Assembly: GCA_963783055.1 (NCBI GenBank)
Contig: CAWAMB010000004.1
Location: 718,304-782,303 of the forward strand
Direction: 5' to 3'
DNA: 64,000 nucleotides
Origin: an uncultured Chloroflexia bacterium
Lineage (GTDB): Bacteria > Chloroflexota > Limnocylindria > Limnocylindrales > CSP1-4
The notes beneath the pieces were generated by a model. The model worked only from the letters and a program-made list of their open reading frames with translations. It made no database searches and was not told the origin of the DNA. The stretch's first letter is position 1. Each line of letters begins with the position of its first letter. Made by a program: the position numbers and the translations under genes. Positions 10,597 to 18,805 of the stretch are shown piece by piece.

Positions 10597-10917
10597 CTAC
10601 CAGTCCGCCTTCGCGCTGAGCTGAACGCTGACCGTCTCGGTCAGCACGCGCGAGAGGATCATGGGCTCGGTCGTCGTGCGGTAGCGCAAGAAGTGGGGCG
10701 ACGCCCGGTGCGCGTCGTACGCCGCTTCGTCCGCATAGATCTCGAAGAAGCGGAACCGGGACGGGGCTTCCTTCTCCGTGACCGCGTAGAGCGCGAACAC
10801 GCCCGGCTCCACGCGCACGGACTCGGCCATCGCCGTCGTGACCGCCGAGATGAACGCCTCGCGCTGTACCGGATCGACCTCGATGTCGGCGATTCGGACG
10901 AAGGGTGTTGGCCGCAT
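10597..10917 (-). CDS. Antibiotic biosynthesis monooxygenase (ABM)/quinol monooxygenase family protein
   Basis: EPGVFALYAV...FRFFEIYADEAAYDAHRASPHF. Confidence 0.85.
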   Translation of the reverse strand: MRPTPFVRIADIEVDPVQREAFISAVTTAMAESVRVEPGVFALYAVTEKEAPSRFRFFEIYADEAAYDAHRASPHFLRYRTTTEPMILSRVLTETVSVQLSAKADW

Positions 10918-10931
10918 CGGAAGCTCCTATG

Positions 10932-11978
10932 TCAAGCCGCGGCCGCGAGGCCCGAAGGCGAGGCGGCTCGTGCGGCTTCATCGTGGCGCATCCGGCGGAA
11001 GACCTCGTCGCTGATCCGACGGCGAAGAGCACGGATCGCCTCGGGCTTCGTGTCGCCCATGGTCCGCCGGTGCTCGAGGTACGTCCTTCCCGGGCCCTCC
11101 CGCTGGAGCTGGGTGATCGCGATCCGATGGAGGGCGACGTTGAGCTGGCGGTTGCCGGTCCGGCTGAGTCGGTGGCGTTCGGTGTTGCCCGACCAGACCG
11201 GCAGCGGCGCTGAGCCGTTGTGACGGGCGAACGCGGCCCGCGACCGGAAGCGGCCGATGCCGGCTGTCTCGCCGACGAGCTTGGCCGCGGTCAGCGGGCC
11301 GCAGCCGGTCAGAGCCAGAAGGGACGGCGCAAGGTCGGCGACCAGGCGCTCGATCTCGCGCTCGAGGCCGTTGATCGTCCTGGTCAGATCCCGAATCCGG
11401 ACCACCAACTCGCGGGCGATGCGGCCGACGGTCCCGGGAGCATCGGCCAGGTCGCGCTCAAGGGCGGCCAGGACGACGGTCCGATTGAGGCTGCGGATCG
11501 GCGGCTCCGAGCCCGGGTCGAGCTCGTGGAGGTGCCAGCGCAGGCGGTTCTCGGCGCGCGTCCGCTCGGCGACGAGATCCTCGCGATGGTCCACGAGGAG
11601 CCGGACCTCGCGGTCGGGCCCGTCGAGGGTCGCGACCGGGAGATCCTCGCGGAGGGCCGCCCGGGCGACCGCGAGGGCGTCGATCGGATCGGACTTGCCA
11701 GGCTCTCGGCTCGAGCGCCGGGCGCCGGCCATCAGCTTCGGCGGAACGCGGACGACGCCTTCGCCGGCGACGAGCAGATCGGTCGACAGGCGTCGGCTCA
11801 GGTGGCGGCAGTCCTCCAGGGCCCAGGTCCGCTCGGCGAAGCGGGCGGCCCAGCGGACGAGCTCGAGGTGACCGGCGCTCGTCGCCGGGAGGGTCTTCTC
11901 GGCGAGCTTCCGGCCCGTCCCGTCGACGGCAATCGCGGTATGGGTGCGCTTGTGCGAATCGATGCCGATGACGATCAT
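10932..11978 (-). CDS. IS110-family transposase (DEDD RuvC-like recombinase)
   Basis: IGIDSHK, WALED, GKSDPIDA (D-E-D-D), coiled coil, C-terminal PVWSGN...SRTGNRQLN with catalytic Ser; AGGAGG SD. Confidence 0.97.
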   Translation of the reverse strand: MIVIGIDSHKRTHTAIAVDGTGRKLAEKTLPATSAGHLELVRWAARFAERTWALEDCRHLSRRLSTDLLVAGEGVVRVPPKLMAGARRSSREPGKSDPIDALAVARAALREDLPVATLDGPDREVRLLVDHREDLVAERTRAENRLRWHLHELDPGSEPPIRSLNRTVVLAALERDLADAPGTVGRIARELVVRIRDLTRTINGLEREIERLVADLAPSLLALTGCGPLTAAKLVGETAGIGRFRSRAAFARHNGSAPLPVWSGNTERHRLSRTGNRQLNVALHRIAITQLQREGPGRTYLEHRRTMGDTKPEAIRALRRRISDEVFRRMRHDEAARAASPSGLAAAA

Positions 11979-12004
11979 CTCCGTGTTGCCTCCTGATCAG
12001 GGGT

Positions 12005-12170
12005 GACGCTCCGGACCGGCCGGTGGACACGCCTGAGTGGGGGCGGTTACCACGCTCCTATGAAGTCACATCGGTCGGTCCGTTCCATGCCCGGCGACCG
12101 GCACTTCCGATGAAGGCCACACCCCTTCGGGCGGGCAACGAGTCTAGGAGCCAAGCCGCCGAGCTCCGAC
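12005..12170 (-). ncRNA. Putative IS110 bridge RNA (target-binding loop followed by donor-binding loop)
   Basis: Minus-strand guides TAGACTC (12140-12146), CATCGGAAG (12104-12112), CATAGGAGCG (12053-12062) and CACTCAGGCG (12030-12039) match the left flank, right flank and the two IS ends; closing stems present; exact ends approximate. Confidence 0.85.
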
Positions 12171-12260
12171 AGCGTGACACTCAGGCGGAGTCTACTGACG
12201 GACGTCGGGCATCGCCGCGCCCATCCGGCAACCAGCCACGCCGGGTACCGTGGCGGGGAC

Positions 12261-13382
12261 ATGCCGGGCCCTCCATCAGGTCGCTCGCGCGACCCTCGTG
12301 CCGCCGTCGCGGAGATGGCGATCGTCCTTCGTGGCGCGACCGCCCGGCTCGTTCCGCTCGAGCCCGGGCTGGCCGCCGCGGCCGAGGGGCTCTCCGCGAC
12401 CTACCGATCGGGTGACGTCGCGGCCGAACGCATGCCTCCGGTCCACGATCCGCGTACCGCCGCCGCCTACGCCGCGGCCCGGATGCCCGCGACGTTCGCC
12501 GCCGCCGGTCGAGCCATGGTCGAGGCAGCTGCGAGCCTGCCGGCGTTCGCGCCGCGCCGCCTGCTCGACGTCGGCGCCGGCACGGGTGCCGCGACGTGGG
12601 CCGCCGGCGCTGTCTGGCCGTCGCTCGACGCCATGATGCTGATCGATCGCGAGCCGGCCGCGATCGAGCTCGGACGTCGCCTGGCGGCGGCGTCCCGCGT
12701 CGGGTCCCTGGTGGCGGCGGACTGGCGAATCGGGACCCTTGCGAACGCCGCGTTCGACGAGGCCGATCTCGTGACCGCCGCGTACGTGCTCGGGGAGCTG
12801 TCCGAGGTCGATCGGACCGCGCTGGTCGAGCGGCTCTGGGCGGCAACCCGAGGCGCGCTCGTCCTCGTCGAGCCCGGCAGCCCGGCCGGGTACGGCCGGA
12901 TCCTGGCTGCCCGGTCTGTGCTCATCGCCGGCGGGGCCGCGATCGCGGCGCCGTGCCCGGGCGAGCGGCCCTGTCCGGTCGCGGCCAGCGACTGGTGCCA
13001 CTTCCTCGTGCGCGTCGAGCGGAGCGTCCTGCATCGGCGCGCGAAGTCCGCCGCTCGATCGTGGGAGGACGAGCCCATGTCCTATCTGGTCGCCACCAGG
13101 CTGACCGCGGAGCCCGCGCCTCGGGTTGTGCTCGGCCGGCCGCGGTCGCGTCCCGGCAAGGTCGAGCTACGCATCTGCGCCGACGATGGCCGGATCCATC
13201 GGCAGGTGGTCAGCCGTCGCGAGGGACCTCGCTACCGGGCGGCGCGGGATGTCGCGTGGGGCGATCGGATCCCGGCCGTCATTGCCGACGGGCTGGCCGA
13301 CAGATCGGACCACGGGCTGGCCGACGGACGCGCCGAGGAGCGTGCGACGGGTCGCGATCCGGAGTCGCCTCCCTCCAGCTGA
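12261..13382 (+). CDS. Rsm22/METTL17-family SAM methyltransferase
   Basis: AAYAAARMPATFAA, LLDVGAGTG, AYVLGEL, LVEPGSPAG, PCPGERPCP...WCHF. Confidence 0.85.
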   Translation: MPGPPSGRSRDPRAAVAEMAIVLRGATARLVPLEPGLAAAAEGLSATYRSGDVAAERMPPVHDPRTAAAYAAARMPATFAAAGRAMVEAAASLPAFAPRRLLDVGAGTGAATWAAGAVWPSLDAMMLIDREPAAIELGRRLAAASRVGSLVAADWRIGTLANAAFDEADLVTAAYVLGELSEVDRTALVERLWAATRGALVLVEPGSPAGYGRILAARSVLIAGGAAIAAPCPGERPCPVAASDWCHFLVRVERSVLHRRAKSAARSWEDEPMSYLVATRLTAEPAPRVVLGRPRSRPGKVELRICADDGRIHRQVVSRREGPRYRAARDVAWGDRIPAVIADGLADRSDHGLADGRAEERATGRDPESPPSS

Positions 13383-13573
13383 GGCACGCCCAGCGTCCGG
13401 CGCCTCGCCCCTTGGTCCATTCGCGTGATGCGATCACCGGACCAATCGACCGCTCGTGGAGGCGGCGTGGGTCCGATCGGGCCGTGTCGCGTCGCGCCGT
13501 CGATATGGCACCGTTCATTCCAGCGCCGCTCGCCGCTCTGACCACGACCGCCAGCGCACGCCCAGGGAGTCCG

Positions 13574-13948
13574 ATGCACGCCTTCGAGACCGACGCCCAA
13601 TCAGGTTCGCCCCAGTTCCGCGGCGACGACGGCGAGCACCCGTTCCTCGAGGTCGAGGGCATCGAGGGATCGACGCTCCGCGCGACCCGGGCCGGCCTGA
13701 CCGTGTACCAGGGCGGCGGCCCTGCGCGCGACCGCGACGGCCAGCGACGCTGGAGCTACGAGCAGCTTCGCGACCTTCGGCTCGATGCGTACGGCTCGGT
13801 CGGCGTGATCCGGGCGACCGTCACGTCGTCCGGCGGCGCACTTCCGCTCCTCCTGCTCGAGCCGGACCAGATCGCGGCGGCGCGCCGCAGCCTGGAGATC
13901 ATCTGGAACCTCATGGCATCGACCACCGAGGGACGGCAGACCTCATGA
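13574..13948 (+). CDS. Hypothetical protein (possible bacterial PH-like beta fold); alternative start 13505
   Basis: Coding-like GC3 pattern; GGGAG upstream of ATG; overlaps the next gene by ATGA. Confidence 0.6.
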   Translation: MHAFETDAQSGSPQFRGDDGEHPFLEVEGIEGSTLRATRAGLTVYQGGGPARDRDGQRRWSYEQLRDLRLDAYGSVGVIRATVTSSGGALPLLLLEPDQIAAARRSLEIIWNLMASTTEGRQTS

Positions 13949-14535
13949 GGCTCTTTGGCTCGTCGAAGACGCGGCCGGTCGGCCGGACCTCCGGCGCCGG
14001 CCCGGCCCGGCCGTCGGCGGGCGATTCCGTCTGCCTCCAGTGCGGCATGATCGCCGCCGGCACCGACGTCTCGTTCTGCCGGCGCTGTGGGCTGCCGATC
14101 GGTGCCGCGCCGCGGGCCGAGGTCGCCCTGCCGACATGTCCGGTCTGCTACGCCAGCGTCGATGACGACGGGCGTCTTGCGTCGTATCGCCAGCGCGGGG
14201 TCCGGATCGACCTCGTGGCCCACATGTTCGAGCACGAGCAGCATCCCGTCGGCGACGACGACTACCTCGACTCGCTCCGGGCCGGTGACATGATCCGGAT
14301 CGGCCGCTGGCAGGCGCCGTACGACCTCGTCCGGCGGTACCTCGTGACCGGCGTGATCGACGGCGGCCGACGGCGCTCGTTCCAGCACTCGGCGATCGTG
14401 ACGGCGATGTCCCAGATCAAGCGCTGGGGGCCCGAAGCAGAGATCTTCGGCGATCAGGAGGAGTGGCGGGCCGCGCGCCAGGCCGTGACCGACCTCATGG
14501 AGCGCTACCAGCTGCGGGCGGCGCCGCGGGGGTAG
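13945..14535 (+). CDS. Zinc-ribbon-containing hypothetical protein
   Basis: CLQC, CRRC, CPVC...HMFEH motifs. Confidence 0.7.
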   Translation: MRLFGSSKTRPVGRTSGAGPARPSAGDSVCLQCGMIAAGTDVSFCRRCGLPIGAAPRAEVALPTCPVCYASVDDDGRLASYRQRGVRIDLVAHMFEHEQHPVGDDDYLDSLRAGDMIRIGRWQAPYDLVRRYLVTGVIDGGRRRSFQHSAIVTAMSQIKRWGPEAEIFGDQEEWRAARQAVTDLMERYQLRAAPRG

Positions 14536-14585
14536 CCGCCGCACCGGTGGCCGCTGCTGCGGCCCTCGACTGACCGCTGCTGCGG

Positions 14586-15764
14586 TCAGCTTCCGGTGAT
14601 CGTGAGCGTGCCCTTCATGCCGAGCGTGTCGTGGCCGTTCAGGACACAGACGAACGTGTACGCACCGGCGGCCATGGTGACGGTCAGGTCACGGCTGATC
14701 CCCGGCACGATGTCCTCGACCTCGTCGATGACCGTCTCGCCCTGGAAGATCTCGAACTCGTGGGTCTCGTTGCCGGCGTTCGTGATCCGGAACGTGACCG
14801 AACCGGCGGGGGCGGTCAGGGTCGACGGCGTGAAGCTGTACTCCTTGGTCGTCACGAGGACCGTGCCCGGCGCAACGGATCCGGCCGGCGTCGGCGAGGC
14901 GGCCGTGCCGCAGCCGACGAGCACCAAGGCGACGATCACCGCTGCCGCGGCAACCGGGACCGGCCGTCGGCGGGGGATGCCGACGAACAGGACGAGGACC
15001 GGGACGAGGTAGGCGATCCAGGCGAACGCCTCGAGGGGGGTCGGCGCGGCGCGGTAGCCGAACAGACCGGCGAGCAGCGTGCCAAGCGGACTCGATTCCG
15101 GGAGCACGCCGTTCAGGTCGAATAGCCGGCCCGAGTTGGCGATCAGCCCTGCCTCGCCGAACTCGGCGACCGCGAACGCCATCAGTCCGGCCGACACGAA
15201 GATCAGGACGACTCCGGTGATCGTGAAGAACCGGCGGAGGTCGATGCGGATGCCGGCCGCGAAGATCGCGAAGCCGATCCCGATCGCGGCCGCCAGCCCG
15301 ACCAGCCCGGCGGCGACCGTCCCAAGTGACGCCCCGGTCGACGACCCGATCGCGAGCAGGAACAGGACCGTCTCGAGGCCTTCGCGGATCACTGCGACAA
15401 AGGCCAGCCCGACCAGCGCTGCCATCGAACCGCTCGCGAGCGCGGTCTGGACGCCGGTCTCGAGCTCGCCCTTGATCGCCCGACCCTGGCGGCGCATCCA
15501 GAACAGCATCCAGGTCAGGACCGCGACCGCGATCAGGCCGGCAGCGCCCTCGAGCGTCTCCTGAACGACAAGCGGGAGGCGCCCGACCGTCAGCACGATC
15601 GCCACGCCGGCCACGATCGACAGCCCGACGGCCGCGGCGACACCGGCGAAGACCGCGGGGAGCGCATCGCGCCGCTGGATCTTGACCAGGTACGCGGCAA
15701 CGATGCCGACGATCAGCGCGGCCTCGAGACCCTCGCGAAGCATCAGGACGAATGTGGCAGCCAA
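14586..15764 (-). CDS. efeU: FTR1/EfeU iron permease fused to a C-terminal cupredoxin domain
   Basis: Two REGLE motifs, 7 TM helices; C-terminal HEF...FVCVLNGHDTLGM. Confidence 0.85.
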   Translation of the reverse strand: MAATFVLMLREGLEAALIVGIVAAYLVKIQRRDALPAVFAGVAAAVGLSIVAGVAIVLTVGRLPLVVQETLEGAAGLIAVAVLTWMLFWMRRQGRAIKGELETGVQTALASGSMAALVGLAFVAVIREGLETVLFLLAIGSSTGASLGTVAAGLVGLAAAIGIGFAIFAAGIRIDLRRFFTITGVVLIFVSAGLMAFAVAEFGEAGLIANSGRLFDLNGVLPESSPLGTLLAGLFGYRAAPTPLEAFAWIAYLVPVLVLFVGIPRRRPVPVAAAAVIVALVLVGCGTAASPTPAGSVAPGTVLVTTKEYSFTPSTLTAPAGSVTFRITNAGNETHEFEIFQGETVIDEVEDIVPGISRDLTVTMAAGAYTFVCVLNGHDTLGMKGTLTITGS

Positions 15765-15918
15765 GAATCGGACCTCGTGCGGGGCCGCCCTCGCGATGCA
15801 AGGGCACTTGCGATCGATACGCTAGGGTCCTTGTCGATGCTTGTCAATCGGGCATGTGGCGAGCGTTCCGCCGCACGATCGGCCACGAGTGGCCGCCCGT
15901 CCGGGGTACCCTGACCGC

Positions 15919-16881
15919 GTGAGCTTGATCTCGACCGACGGCCTGACCAAGCGCTACCCCGGAGGCGTCACGGCCCTCGACGGTCTGACCGTCTCGATCG
16001 AGCCCGGAATCATCGGCCTCGTCGGATCGAACGGCGCCGGCAAGAGCACCCTCCTCAAGATCCTGCTCGGCCTCCTCGAGCCGACGTCGGGCTCGGCGAC
16101 GATCTTCGACCTCGACGTGGCCACTCGAGGCATCGCGATCCGTGAGCTCGTCGGCTACATGCCCGAGCACGACTGCCTTCCGCCCGACATGACCGCGACC
16201 GACGTCGTGTCGCACCTCGCCTTGATCTCCGGCCTGCCGCGCACCGCCGCCCGGGAGCGGACCGCGGAGGTCCTTCGCCACGTCGGGCTGTACGAGGAGC
16301 GCTACCGCGCGATCGGCGGCTACTCGACGGGCATGAAGCAACGGGTCAAGCTCGCCCAGGCCCTCGTCCACGACCCGCGCCTGCTCCTGCTCGACGAGCC
16401 CACGAACGGCCTCGACCCGGCCGGCCGCGACGAGATGCTCGAGCTCATCCAGCGGACGGGCACCGAGTTCGGCATCGCCGTGATCGTCGCCTCGCACCTG
16501 CTCGGCGAGATCGAGCGGGTCTGCGACCACCTCGTCGCCATCGAGGGCGGACGGCTCCTGCGATCGGCGCCGCTCGGATCCTTCACCGAGCGGACCGGGA
16601 CGCTGGCGGTGGAGGTCGAGGACGGCCGCGAGTCGCTCGTCGAGCGCCTGACGGCACGCGGCTTGCGGGTCGTCGTCGACGGCCCGGCGATCCTCGTCGA
16701 TCTCGTCGACGAGGCGCCCTACGACATCGTCCGGGACACCGTCGTCGAGCTCGGCCTGGCGCTCGTCCGGATGGAGCAGCGCCGCCATCGGCTCGAGGAC
16801 CTGTTCCGCGACGATCCGGCGTCGCGCCCGGCGGCCCCAGCAGAGGCGGCCGGTTCGTCGGCGCGGACGGTCGAGCCATGA
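15919..16881 (+). CDS. ABC transporter ATP-binding protein
   Basis: GSNGAGKST, YSTGMKQR, LLLDEPT. Confidence 0.93.
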   Translation: MSLISTDGLTKRYPGGVTALDGLTVSIEPGIIGLVGSNGAGKSTLLKILLGLLEPTSGSATIFDLDVATRGIAIRELVGYMPEHDCLPPDMTATDVVSHLALISGLPRTAARERTAEVLRHVGLYEERYRAIGGYSTGMKQRVKLAQALVHDPRLLLLDEPTNGLDPAGRDEMLELIQRTGTEFGIAVIVASHLLGEIERVCDHLVAIEGGRLLRSAPLGSFTERTGTLAVEVEDGRESLVERLTARGLRVVVDGPAILVDLVDEAPYDIVRDTVVELGLALVRMEQRRHRLEDLFRDDPASRPAAPAEAAGSSARTVEP

Positions 16882-17792
16882 GCGCCCACCCTCCCGTGAC
16901 CCGCGGCGGCAACATCTACGACCTCGGCTATCGGCGCTACGAAGGTCCGCGACTTGGCCGGGCGCACGCCATCCGCTCGCTGATCGCCCACAGCTTCCGG
17001 ACGACCTACGGGCTCGGGCGGAGCGGCCGGGCGAAGGCGGCTCCGATCATCTTCGGGGCGATGGCGATCCTGCCGGCCGTGATCATCGTCGGCGGCCTGA
17101 CGATCGCGGCCCGCTTCGGATTCGACCGCCAGCTCGACGACGCGGAGCTCATCGGCTTCAACAACTACTACAGCTCGGTCACCGCGATCGTGGTCCTGTT
17201 CTGTGCGGCGCAGGCGCCGGAGCTGTTCGGCCGCGACCAGCGCCACGGCGTGCTCGCGCTGTACTTCGCCCGCGCCCTGCGCCGGTCCGACTACGCCCTC
17301 GGCCGGCTCATCGGGTTCATCCTCGCCCTCTTCGTCCTGATCCTCATCCCGATGGCAATCCTGTTTCTCGGCCGGGTCCTGCTCTCGACCGATGTCGGCA
17401 AGGCGTTCGGGGCGAATCTGCCGAGCGTCGCGCCCGTCCTCGCCCAGGGCATCACGCTGGCGGCGTTGTACGGCGGCCTGGCGATGGCGATCTCGGCCTA
17501 CTCGCCGCGGCGGGCGTACGCCACCGCGGCGATCATCGCCCTCTTCGTCCTGCCCGGGCTGATCGCCGGGATCGTCATCTCGATCGGGTCGAGCGCGATC
17601 GGGACGTGGCTCGTCCTGGCCAGCCCCAACACGATCATCGACGGGACCAACGCCCTGTACTTCACCCGCTCGCTCGGCGAGGAGTACTTCTTCGTCGACA
17701 TCCCGGGCTGGGCATTCCTGGCGGCCGCCGCCGTCGAGATCGCGATCGTCGTCGTCCTGATCCTGCGGCGCTTCGCCCGGATCACGATATGA
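16878..17792 (+). CDS. ABC-2 type permease
   Basis: About 6 TM helices, IYDLGYRRYEG, LALYFARALRRSDY; overlaps the ATPase gene. Confidence 0.85.
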   Translation: MSAHPPVTRGGNIYDLGYRRYEGPRLGRAHAIRSLIAHSFRTTYGLGRSGRAKAAPIIFGAMAILPAVIIVGGLTIAARFGFDRQLDDAELIGFNNYYSSVTAIVVLFCAAQAPELFGRDQRHGVLALYFARALRRSDYALGRLIGFILALFVLILIPMAILFLGRVLLSTDVGKAFGANLPSVAPVLAQGITLAALYGGLAMAISAYSPRRAYATAAIIALFVLPGLIAGIVISIGSSAIGTWLVLASPNTIIDGTNALYFTRSLGEEYFFVDIPGWAFLAAAAVEIAIVVVLILRRFARITI

Positions 17793-18805
17793 CCGATCCG
17801 ATCGTGGCGCCGCCGCCGATGCCTTCGCCGGCGCCGTCGCCGGTCTCGCCGTCGGGCGCGGGTCCGTCGCCCTTCGTCACGCTCGACACGTCCCAGCCGA
17901 TCGTCCTCGACCGCGTGTCGCGCTGGTACGGCAACGTCGTCGCCGTCAACGACATCACGTTCGCCCTCGGCGCCGGGATCACGGGCCTCCTGGGACCGAA
18001 CGGGGCCGGCAAGTCGACCCTCCTGCACCTGCTCGCCGGCCTGCTCAAACCGTCGTCGGGGCGGGTGCTCATCGCCGGCCGGCCGGCCTGGCGCGAGCCG
18101 TCGATCTACCGTCAGATCGGGCTGGTTCCGGAGCGCGAAGCCGTCCACCCGTTCCTGACCGGCCGCCAGTTCGTCCACCTCGCGGCGCGGCTCCAGGGGT
18201 TGCCCGACCCCGCCGCGGCGACCCAGCGAGCCATTGCCACGGTCGATCTCGCGGCGGCGGCCGATCGGGCCGTCGGGACGTACTCCAAGGGGATGCGGCA
18301 GCGGGTGAAGATCGCGGCGGCGCTCGTCCACGAGCCACCGATCCTGCTGCTCGACGAGCCGTTCAACGGGATGGACCCGCGCCAGCGGCTCCACATGATG
18401 GATCTCCTCCGGTCGATGGCCGGTGCCGGTCGGACGATCCTCTTCAGCTCGCACATCCTCGAGGAGGTCGAGCGCCTCGCCGACGGGATTCTCGTGATCT
18501 ATGCCGGGCGGCTGGCCGCGGCCGGCGATTTCCGCGAGATCCGGCGCCTGATGACCGACCGGCCGCACACGTTCCGCGTCCGCTCGTCCGACGATCGCCG
18601 GCTCGGCTCGGCCTTCCTCAGCGAGCCCGCCGTCTTCGGCGTCGAGCTGCGCGACGACCGGCTCGCCGTCCAGGTCTCGGAGTTCTCGGGCTTCACCCGG
18701 ATGGTCGCCCGGGTCGCCCGCGATGCCGGCGTGCGGCTGTTCGAGGTCGCCCCGACCGACGACTCGCTCGAAAGTGTCTTCGAGTACCTGGTGACCCGCC
18801 GATGA
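17789..18805 (+). CDS. ABC transporter ATP-binding protein
   Basis: GPNGAGKST, YSKGMRQR, LLLDEPF, SSH. Confidence 0.93.
   Translation: MTDPIVAPPPMPSPAPSPVSPSGAGPSPFVTLDTSQPIVLDRVSRWYGNVVAVNDITFALGAGITGLLGPNGAGKSTLLHLLAGLLKPSSGRVLIAGRPAWREPSIYRQIGLVPEREAVHPFLTGRQFVHLAARLQGLPDPAAATQRAIATVDLAAAADRAVGTYSKGMRQRVKIAAALVHEPPILLLDEPFNGMDPRQRLHMMDLLRSMAGAGRTILFSSHILEEVERLADGILVIYAGRLAAAGDFREIRRLMTDRPHTFRVRSSDDRRLGSAFLSEPAVFGVELRDDRLAVQVSEFSGFTRMVARVARDAGVRLFEVAPTDDSLESVFEYLVTRR

Larger units (their letters stand above)
10924..12187 (-). mobile_element. IS110-family insertion sequence, apparently complete
   Basis: Transposase, ~210-bp upstream non-coding end and very short downstream end; boundaries are set by guide matches; no terminal IRs or long TSD, as expected for IS110. 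Confidence 0.9.

Noticed and set aside
10918-12202. Alternative IS110 boundary using a shared TCCG core (would give TTGACA-16-TAGACT)
   Set aside because: The bridge-RNA guides place TAGACTC and TTCCGATG in the target, not in the element
10442-14535. Integrative element or prophage at tRNA-Gly
   Set aside because: No integrase and no clear duplicated tRNA 3' end seen
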